This document shows, in pieces, positions 1 to 10,298 of a DNA stretch of 64,000 bases. The DNA lies in assembly GCF_009914755.1 (NCBI RefSeq), contig NC_060936.1; one strand, written 5' to 3'. Under the pieces are notes generated by a model that had not been told where the DNA came from, ran no database searches, and saw nothing but the letters and a program-made list of their open reading frames with translations. A program made the translations under genes and the position numbers. The DNA is from the human T2T-CHM13v2.0 reference genome, Homo sapiens. Numbering within the stretch: the stretch's first letter is position 1; every line of letters begins with the position of its first letter.

Positions 1-419
1 ATCTACTTTTGGTCTTTGATGATGGTGATGTACAGATGGGTTTTTGGTGTGGATGTCCTTTCTGTTTGTTAGTTTTCCTTCTAACAGACAGGACCCTCAG
101 CTGCAGGTCTGTTGGAGTACCCAGCCGGGTGAGGTGTCAGTCTGCCCCTGCTGGGGGGTGCCTCCCAGTTAGGCTGCTCGGGGGTCAGGGGTCAGGGACC
201 CACTTGAGGAGGCAGTCTGCCTGTGCTGGGAGAACCACTGCTCTCTTCAAAGCTGTCAGACAGGGACATTTAAGTCTGCAGAGGTTACTGCTTTTTGTTT
301 GTCTGTGCCCTGCCCCCAGAGGTGGAGCCTACAGAGGCAGGCAGGCCTCCTTGAGCTGTGGTGGGCTCCACCCAGTTCGAGCTTCCAGGCTGCTTTGTTT
401 ACCTAAGCAAGCCTGGGCA

Positions 420-494
420 ATGGTGGGTGCCCCTCCCCCAGCCTCGCTGCCACCTTGCAGTTTGATCTCAGACTGCTGTGCTAGCAATCAGTGA
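420..494 (+). pseudogene. Disrupted L1 ORF0 (antisense ORF of the primate L1 5'UTR)
   Basis: ATG 420 gives MVGAPPPASLPPCSLISDCCASNQ*, matching the ORF0 N-terminus. TGA 492-494 replaces the CGA (Arg) codon. The same frame continues [21 protein letters not shown] until the Alu. Confidence 0.85.
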
Positions 495-870
<376 letters not shown>

Positions 871-2347
871 CGGTGCGCCAGTTTTTAAGCCCGTTGGAAA
901 AGCGCAGTATTCGGGAGTGACCCGATTTTCCAGGTGCCGTCTGTCACCACTTTCTTTGACTAGGAAAGGGAACTCCCTGACCCCTTGGGCTTCCTGAGAG
1001 AGGCAAAGCCTCGCCCTGCTTCGGCTCGCGCATGGTGCGTGCACCCACTGACCTGTGCCCACTGTCTGGCACTCCCTAGTGAGATGAACCTGGTACCTCA
1101 GATGGAAATGCAGAAATCACCCATCTTCTGCATCGCTCACGCTGGGAGCTGTAGGCTGGAGCTGTTCCTATTTGGCCATCTTGGCTCCTCCCACACAATG
1201 TTTTTTAAACAGTTTTTTTTTTAAAGAAAGTACATGTAGGCATGAGAAGACAGCATCTTAGGACAGTAAAGTAAAACAGGGTTAAGAGATTGGCTAGATA
1301 CCAGGAAAAAGAAGTTCTAACAGAGACAGCAAGGGATAGGAAAGAAAACAAGGAAGGGAGAAAGGAAAACAGTGAGAAAGGAGGGAGCAAATTATGGGCA
1401 GACCAGAATTCAGCACAGGAAGGGCCAGGTATGCAAGTTTGAAAAATGCACCATGGGACTTGACTGTGTAGTGAAGACTGAGACCCGCTACTCTAGGACG
1501 TTGAGGAGGAAGCTTCATAGAATGCTCTGCTGCTTCCTGTCCTGTTACCCAATCAGGAAAGGGGAGGGGATCAGGGGTGGTGAGAAGGGAATAAGGGCAG
1601 GAATTATGAGAAAACTGAAACATGGAAAGGTAAATCAACTTGTGAAGAAAGGTCTCTTGGCTCGTTGCTGGCAACACTGGATCTAGAACTCCGCTTTCAG
1701 GGTGTCCGAATTCGTTCTCAATACTTCTCCACCCCTGTCTGCCAGTTTCTCTCTGTACTTGGAGACCTAAATACAAAAACTGGCTCCAGAATTTGAAATC
1801 TATGCCTTAGCTTTTTTAGGGTGACCATAAGTTGAGGGAGGAACAAGGATGCTGGTCAAAGTTCCCATCAGTGACCTGCGGAAAATTGGAAAATATCAGG
1901 TACCACCACTTCCTCCCTTCCCACAAGTCTTCTAGACCTCTCTCTCTTTGCAAAGAGTCGTCAGAGAAGGTTCCAAGCCAACTGCTTAATGAATTAATAG
2001 CCCTTATTCCACTGTACAAAATGTAAGAGAAAGAATCCATTAGTAATTAGTCTAGTTCATGTTTCTAGAAGCGCTATTTTCTTCCCATGACAAAACTTCA
2101 AAACACCAGAGAAAATAAGTAGGAAGGTCTCTGTGGTTATGCACTTTAAGTGAATGATGACAATTTTGAGATACGTGCCAAAATAGGAGAGTCTTCATTT
2201 TCCTCATACCTGTTAAGGTAGTGGTCTGGACTTGTTCACGCCTACACCTGAAGCAGAGGGACGGCCTGTCGGAGCTCAGTCAAGTAGGCGAGTGCTCTTT
2301 GTTCCCCCGTGGCCTCTGAAGTTACTCTAGAGCTATGCAGCTCAAGG

Positions 2348-2361
2348 CCAGCAGATGGCGC
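2348..2361 (+). promoter_or_regulatory. CTCF core motif in a small CpG-containing patch
   Basis: CCAGCAGATGGCGC matches CCASYAGRKGGCRS exactly; local CpG enrichment at about 2260-2410. Confidence 0.7.
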
Positions 2362-2721
2362 GTGGCGTCAGGCTGCGAGATAGCGCCGAGACAGCATGGA
2401 CGCCGGGAGCCTGGGAAAGCCAACTGTACCACAGGAGTCTAAACTGTAGCTAGGAATAGAAGTACGCTCATTTTAGCTATTAGAAGGTTTGCCTGATACT
2501 CTGGCTCTTTATTTCGAGGATGTCTAGCTCACCTGTGATATAACTCAGACCCCATTTCACTCATTTCTTAAACTAGGAATGGGTAAGTCTCACCATTCTT
2601 CTCTGCTTGTTTAGGACACTCTTGAGAACCTCCTAAAATGCTGTGGAATGGAACAGCGGGACAGACCAGAAGTACATTCTGGGGAGAAGAGAATAAAAAC
2701 ACCATTCCTTGAGAGTGGAAG

Positions 2722-3342
2722 TGTCAGAGGCGTTCAAACCAGAGCGACTCCATCTTGAGTAGGGGCTCGGTAAAATGAGAATGAGACCTGCTGGGCAGCA
2801 TTCCCAGGAGGTTAGACATTCTTAGCCACAGGATGAGATAGGAGGTCGGCAGGATTGATATCACAAGATACGGGTCATAAAGACCCTGGTGATAAAACAG
2901 GATGCCATAAAGAAGCCGGCCAAAACCAAGATGGTGATGAAAGTGACCTCTGGTCATCCTCACTGCTCATTGTACGTTAATTATAATGCATTAGCAGGCT
3001 AATAGACACTCTCAGCAGTGCCATGACAGTTTACAAATGCCATGGCAACACCCAAGTTACCTTATATGGTCTAAAAAGGGGAGGAACCCTCAGTTTTGGG
3101 AACCTCCCCTTTCCCAGAAAACTTATGAATAATCTACCCCTTGTTTAGCATATGATCAAGAAATAACCATAAAAATGTCCAACCAGCAGCCCTCAGGGCT
3201 CTCTGTCTATGGGGTAGCCATCCTTTTGTTTCTTTACTTCTCTGATAAACTTGCTTTCACTTTATGGACTCCTGAATTCTTTCTTGCACAAGATCCAAGA
3301 ACCCTCTCTTGGGGTCTGGATCAGGATCCCTTTCCAGTAACA
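2722..3342 (+). mobile_element. MER41B solo LTR (ERV1)
   Basis: TGTCAGAGGCG...TTTCCAGTAACA termini, 4-bp TSD GAAG (2718-2721, 3343-3346), and the GAS-bearing segment that distinguishes MER41B from MER41A. Confidence 0.9.
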
Positions 3343-4049
3343 GAAGCAGATGATCATACAATCCACTTTATTGTCCTTCCCCAGCCCACAATCGAGTTTC
3401 CTGGAATCATAGTACAGTTTCCTAGAAGGCCTACTGCTGGCATATAGTTAGAGATAGCTGACGACATCTCTTAGGTTTTGAAAATAGATTACTTGTACAC
3501 TTATCAAGCAGATTTTAACTTAATCTAATTGTTTTCAGTCCAGCACCTTGGCCTGGTGTCACTGAGCCTGGAACTTCTCCAGAGAATAAACTTCAAGTTT
3601 TCTAAGGGAAGAGGGGAGGAGAACAGAAGGGTGGAGGGATAATTGTCTGGCTGTATGGGGGTGGATGAGGGAACCTAGAGGTTAAACTGCTCTGCCTTCC
3701 AGAGACCTTCAACCAAACCAAGTTTCAGCCCCATGCTTCAGCCTCATTTTCTATAGTACTTAGTGCCTCTAAGGCCTGAATCTTTCTGGGGCTCTAAAGG
3801 GAAAATTGTCTTTTTTTTTAAAAAAAAAAATCAATATTTTCTTTAGCAGATACCTGTCATTCTGTTAAACCCCTGCTGTACATTTTCTTTGTTTCCCACA
3901 TTGTGAGTTTTATTTTTCCAGGGCAGAATTTCCCAGCATCTCTTCCAGCTCCCAGGGAGAAGGTCTGGGACCTATGTTCTACCAACCAAATACACTCTCA
4001 TGAAGCTCTCATTTGGAAGTCAGCAACATGCAGACACAGACTGGGTTCT

Positions 4050-4275
4050 GAGCATCTATGGTGCAGATGAAGATGATGGCAGGAGCTGTGGAGGCAGTAG
4101 AATCCTCATCAAGCCACTTCTGTGTGAGATGCTGGGCTGTGTTCCTATGAGCTTAGCCTTGAGCTTCTTTTTTGCCAGACCTCCCAATGAATCACCGAGC
4201 ACCTAATAACTCCCAGTAATTTCCTTTTATGCTCAAACCAGCCCAAATGGTTTCTATAGTTTGCAACTAAAGGGG
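4050..4275 (+). mobile_element. Old MLT1-type (MaLR) LTR fragment
   Basis: 3'-end-like TTCCTTTTATGCTCAAACCAGC...GGTTTCTATAGTTTGCAACTAA; degenerate. Confidence 0.4.
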
Positions 4276-7200
4276 AAAAAAAGGAAGAAAGAAAAGAGAC
4301 TAATTAATTTCATCCATGAAAGTAGGGTCAATCTAAAATCTATAAGAATCAAAAATGCAGAATTGGGCTCAATGCAGGCAGGAAGACAGAAGGCAAAATG
4401 TATTTTGTTATGTACAAAGTACTATATATGGTACAACTTGCCAATACTACCTTCCCAAGGCAGGTGCTATTTGACTGTGGCCACAACCCAATATGGAGAG
4501 AAGCTCCATGACATGGAGCACTGAAACACTGACAAGGCCAACTGCTTCTTTATCTGCACCAAAGAAGCAGAAATAGTGACTTCAAAGTAGCAACCTTAGC
4601 CAGAAAGACCCTAAGTCCTTCTCCCATTATTATTATCATTATTATTATTACTATCATTTTGTAAGGCATGCCCACTGGGCCTTCTCCCATTATTTAAGGA
4701 TTATCTGCAAGACACCTTGGACCCATTAAAAAAGTTCAGATTCAGGGGAGTGTTTCCCATGAGAAGCTATGATTTCAAATTGTCTCAAAGAAGTAGCCAT
4801 TGAAGAAGAACTAGAAAAGGATAGATCAGTGATGTTGGAAGTAAAGGGGGAAGGATCTTCAGGTTTAAAGACTGTGGACACAGCATCTTTGGCTGTGTCT
4901 ACACACATATGCAATTGATAGGAAGCAAATAGAACAGAAGCCAACTAAGATTTTTAGGAAACCACATTGTCAAAGACACCTCAAGCCTGCCTGAAAACAG
5001 TGTATAATTTTTATTTTTAAAACAAATTCCAGGCCTCTAGACCTGCAGTAGCATGAAGAGGTCTGAGGAAGCTGTGCGTCCCTCAAGAAAGCAATTCTTT
5101 ATTGCCCATCAAAGATGAATCCATAGGGGATCATTAACAAGGAGATCATCCCAGAGAGCAGCTTCTAGAATCACCAACCAAGTAAGTCTCATTGCTATCC
5201 CTATATACCAAGGTTTGCTATTTGCTACTCATTCACAACTGTTGAGTGTTTCCCATTCTTCTATGTTTTAAACTGAAAGTTTAAAAAAAATTCTTGGTTA
5301 TCCCGTTTCTTCTTTACATTTGCATAATGGGGAGTGGGTGTTGGGAGATAGCTTGTCTTTGAGCTTTGGGCTTTTAGTAGCAATAGTTTTTTTTAACAAT
5401 TAGCATTACCCTTACTATTTAAGACAGAAGATTTGTCAGAAGAACAAAGACCTCAAAATGAGAAGGAATGTGTTCTGGACTTAAAACATTGCTCAGGTAT
5501 CTTAGCAAGGACTGAGACCTTGGAGGTCTCCAAATACCAGTAAGAATCATTGTGTTATCCTCTTTCTCACATGTTGGATTTTTTTTTTTTTTTTTTACTT
5601 GTGATTGATGAACTGGGAGAAAGGAAGTGGTCTAGAAAGGGTGAGAGTGGGTGGGTAGATAGGATACAGGTGGCCTCACCTGGAGAGTGGTCACCTGTGA
5701 ACAGAAGCCATGTTGAACTCCCTGCACTGCCTCTTCTTCTCTGTTCCTTGCAATGACCTTTAGCTGGACTCAGTCAAAACGGCGCTGTCCTTCCCCTTCC
5801 CAACCTAAAGCTTATAGTGCAGTTAATCTAGAGGTCAGCTGAAGTGCAGATTCAAGTGGCTCAAACCCCTTTGCAGTATAGGGAAGGAGTCTGGAATAGG
5901 GAAAGGATGGGTTGGGGGTGAAGATGGGAGTTGCTCATGGCTTCCCTAATTAGCTCTGATTCAGAGCTCAGACTTCTGTTATCATTTCCTACCCACAAGT
6001 GCTGTCTTATTCCTTTGGTTTCCTTCATTTCTATTCAGCCTCATGAAATAAAGAAATAAAGAAAACAAACAAGTAAATAAAAACAAGATCTTTATGGATG
6101 TGGCAGAAAGCTTTGCAAGCCAAGAAAGTCTTCTATCCAGGTGATGCAAATAACTGTAAAACTTCAGACTTCTTGAACTACAAAGATGAACTCTGCCAAC
6201 CCAAGTTCTAGTACTTCCTCTACTCCCAGCCTGACCCCCACTGTTTCTTGGTTTCCTCACTCCTTCTCTTTCTGTTTGACTCTTGAGAGTAATAAACTCA
6301 GCCAAGTCCTACTACTTGAGCCCATATTTAAATGCAGAACAATTTGGCCTTCAGTTTATTCTTCCCCCTTCTTCCAGACTCTGGTCTGATTTATCTTTTT
6401 ATACTCTATAGCCTATTAGGGTTTTATAATAAAGGCTATCCTTCTCTAAGATTTCCAATGTAGCTATTATCCTTTAACCCTTCTGCACAGTTAACAAAAC
6501 CAGTTGTTACTTTTTTTGGTGGGGGGTGGGGGTGGTTGTTTAGCATTTAGTGATTATTAAAATGACTACTGTTTCAGCAAAAAGTATTCATAAAAAAACT
6601 CAAAAAATTCAGAAAAGTACAAAGGAGAAATTGAATAATCTGTAGCATCTCAAACTCAGTATATGTCTAAGGACAGTCTCTGTTCTCCCCTGGTCTTATT
6701 CACGCCCTTCAAGCCCTTCTCTCTAATCAAGGAACAATTGGCTTGACTTTTCTAGCTTACCTCACTTAATTTTAGAGAAATATATATCCTGTTTGAGATC
6801 CAAAGAGGCATTTGTCAGCATTAAGGGTCTCCCTTATCTCCATCCATGCTCACAATATTTGGCAGGTATACTTCAGAGTTTGTGGTTTGGGATTATAGCT
6901 GTTTCCTCACTTCATTCATGATAGGGAGATGTTTTGTCCTTCTATTTTTGTTCCATTTATTGTTTTCATTGGATTTTTAGAAAGGGGAATGGCATAAGTG
7001 TTTTTACTCTGCTGTCTTTAACAAGAAGACTTACTTTTCAAAATAATTATTTGTCTGCTTTTAATTTTCTACTTCAAGAAAACGTTAAGGAAAGAATGTA
7101 TAGCATTCTAGTTAATTTTCAGTTGCTTAGGTGCCTGATAAAGAGAAGCTTCCCTAAACAGCAGCCAGTTCTGTTCTGAAGATGGCCTTCCCATGGCACC

Positions 7201-7452
7201 AGTACCCTGGTTAGAATTTTCCCAGGGAGAGATGGCCTAGCTTCATGGGAGCTATCACCATAGATTGCCCATGCTGAGAGAACAGACCACAAACTACACC
7301 AGCTGCAGACACTTACACAGCACATGTAGGGAGAACAGAGGCTGATGCCCAAAGAACGAGAGGGATTGTACCTCAGCTTCACAGCAGCAGCAACCTGCAG
7401 AGAAAGACAACCTGCAAGTTTATACAGCCCTCCTCCTGCCTCCATGAGAACC

Positions 7453-8105
7453 TGACAGAGGCATTTGAACCAGAGCGACTCCATCTTGAATAGAGGCTGG
7501 GTAAAATAAGGCTGAGACCTACTGGGCTGCATTCCCAGGAGGTCAGGCATTCTTAGTCACAGGATGAGATAGGAGGTTGGCACAAGACACAGGTCGCAAA
7601 GACCCTGCTGATAAAACAGGATGTGGTAAAGAAGCCGGCCAAATCCCACTAAAACCAAGATGGTGATGAAAGTGACCTCTGGTCATCTACATTACTCATT
7701 ATACGTTAACTATAATGCACTAGCTTGCTAAAAGACACTCTCACCAGCACCAGGACAGTTTACGAATGCCATGGTAACATTCGGAATTTACCCTACATAA
7801 TCTAAAAAGGAGAGGGACCCTCAGTTTCGGGAAATCTCTGACCCCTTCCTGGAAAACTCATGAATAATCCACCCCTTTTTTATCAAATAATCAAGAAATA
7901 ACTCTAAGTATACTCAATTGAGCAGCTTATACCACTGCTCTGGCTATAGAGTAGCCATTCTTTTGTTCCTTTACTTTCTTAATAAACTTGCTTTCACTTT
8001 ACTGTATGGACTCACCCTGAATTCTCTCTTGCTTGAGGTCCAGGAACCCTGTCTTGGGGTCTGGATTGAGACTCCTTTCATTGAGAAAGGAGATTGAGAC
8101 TAACA
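7453..8105 (+). mobile_element. MER41B solo LTR (ERV1) with rearranged 3' end
   Basis: Starts TGACAGAGGCATTTGAACCAGAGCGACTCC and is colinear with 2722-3342. AATAAA at 7981-7986; ends TAACA 8105; possible TSD GAACC/GATCC. Confidence 0.9.
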
Positions 8106-9026
8106 GATCCATAATTTCTCCATTACTTAGACACTGTTTTGGGAAGAAGGAGGGAAGGGGAGATCTATAGAAAGTAGAGAATAGACTCTGATAGGGAGTT
8201 TCAGCATCAAATTGAGTGAAGGAAGCCCTCTTCCCCTTTTTTTCCACCCTGGAAGAGACTGTAACTTAGCAAGTTTATTTCCACCATTGGTGGAAATGAG
8301 AGCTTCAGAGCAAGATTAAATCAGTTACAGAAAATAAATAAGCTACTGTTTTTGTACATCTGATTTGTAAGGTGTTAATCTTGACCCTGCAACATCTGCG
8401 ATTTTAGCTTCATCTTTCAGCAAAAGGCAGTCTGCTAGATGGAAAACTGTTCAGGACTGGGAGTTGACCTTCGGTTACTCCTGGCTCTGCCACTAACTAG
8501 CTGTGTGATATTGGTTAAGACACTTAGTCTTCTACTTCGAAATGTCATCAACTCTAAAATTACAAGGTTGGATCAGATCCATGATTTTCAAATGTTCATG
8601 GCTGCAGAGCCCTTTTGTTAAAACCTTACTTAGATGGCCAATATATAAAACAGATACCTCTGGCGTTTCCTCTGGCAAAGTGGGAAGTAGATGTCTGGGA
8701 CCACATATGCTAGGAGGCCCCTTGGGCTCCCTGCAAAGTCCCTAAATCACCTCCACAGAGCCCTTCCCAGGTATGCACTTCAAAGACCAGTGAAGGCAAT
8801 GATCTCTCTGGTCCTTTTTGATTGTAATCCCCAATGATTCAATATATGCCCAAGGCCAGGGGTGGTTGACAGCAGCATGAAGTAATCTGTTCCATGGTCC
8901 ATGGGCATCTAAGGAGATTGGCGTTAGCTTGTCCTTTTGCAGACAAGGCAATTTACCTTAGTGTTAAAACAACAAAAAAAACCTCCAGCACTTCATGGTG
9001 GTTGGGGGTTCTCTTATTTACAACCA

Positions 9027-9133
9027 AAGAAGAAGAAGAAGAAGAATAAGGAGGAGGAGGAGGACGAGGAGGAGGAGGAGGGGAGGAGGAGGAGGGGGAG
9101 GAGGAGGAGGAGGAAGAAGAAGAAGAGGAAGAG

Positions 9134-9199
<66 letters not shown>

Positions 9200-9203
9200 G
9201 CAG
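9027..9203 (+). repeat. Compound trinucleotide repeat (AAG)n(GAG)n(AAG/AGG)n(CAG)4 AAG (CAG)7
   Basis: Directly visible. Confidence 0.97.
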
Positions 9204-9289
9204 CTTGAGGTAACCATGAACTAGAAATTGTGTCCCCATTATATGACTAACATAGCAGAGTCAGGTCCTGGATCCACCATTTAGTATGC

Positions 9290-9410
9290 CAGGTAGAGTG
9301 TATGTCACCTCATTAGTCCTCACAACAACCCAAGAGGTATGATCCTCATTTTACAGATAAGAACGCTATATAGCAGGTTAAGGAACTTGCTCAAATATCA
9401 CACTATTACA
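9290..9410 (-). mobile_element. MIR fragment
   Basis: CCTCACAACAACCC...ATCCTCATTTTACAGATAAGAA...GTTAAGGAACTTGCTCAA core. Confidence 0.6.
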
Positions 9411-10135
9411 GAGAATTGTGACTTTTAAAAAAAACATTTACTCCCTCCTAAATGAGATGCTCAAATTTATAATCAGTTACCAAAGCCGTGGAAATTTCTC
9501 ATCTCACAGAACCTACCATTCAATGACTCTTAGAGCATTTTTGCACATGGAATGGACAAGAAAAATGTTTGTGACAATCTGAATTTTAAATGGAGATCAA
9601 GGGTCCTTGCAGTAGTGAAGGAAAAGCAGGCATCTTTCCTTCCATTTCATGGACTTATATTTTAAGAAGCTCAGCCATTCCAGTCCATGCAGAAAAATAC
9701 TCTCAAAGGAATATTTACAATGTGGATCTTATATTAAACATTTGGTTTTATATGCTTAAATATTTATAAAAGCATACGTTGAATAAATTTTAGTCTACAA
9801 ACTGAAGTGTTCAAAACATATCAATTTCCTCATTTCTTTAAATCAATTTAATTTTCTGACTCTCAGCCTCCATCCTTAAAAGATGGCAAAAACATCTACC
9901 TCATCCTTTTGAGGGCCCCCTCTCCTTCCCAAAACCATACCACTACCTGGAAAGCTTGCTCGGGATAAGGACAATTGAGGAAGGAGCTCTAACCTCCAAT
10001 TTTTCAAGGTATCACTGGCATCCCACTGTGAAGCCCACAGTGGGCCCAGAATTTTGGTGGTGCCAATTTGTGGTTAGAAGGCTTTGAGGAAAGTGCCTCC
10101 CTCTAGATGCCCTGAGGAGCCATCTCCTCTGGGAA

Positions 10136-10298
10136 GGGATAGCTTTATTCACAAGTGACATGGGTAGTCTCACAGGGTCTCCTGCTCAGAAAAACCCTGA
10201 GTTTGTTTTAATGCTCTTCTATTGAAGTCCTGAAATTTGGACAAAAGTTTCCACAGTTTCATTTTGCACTGGGCCTTGCAAATTATAAAGCTGATCCT
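10136..10298 (+). mobile_element. hAT MITE, MER45A-like
   Basis: CACAGGGTCTCCTGCTCAGAA...TTTCATTTTGCACTGGGCCTTGCAAATTAT...GCTGATCCT. Confidence 0.55.

Noticed and set aside
1294-1776. 160-aa minus-strand ORF and overlapping 104-aa plus-strand ORF
   Set aside because: No recognisable family; composition reflects purine/pyrimidine strand bias; no supporting exon structure.
2722-8105. Two same-orientation MER41B LTRs as the ends of one provirus
   Set aside because: Copy 1 has its own TSD on both sides, the LTRs differ substantially, and the interval shows no primer-binding site, gag/pol remnants or polypurine tract.
8937-9239. ORFs with poly-K/E/R/Q, poly-L or poly-G as genes
   Set aside because: All are translations of the trinucleotide repeat, with no non-repetitive domain.
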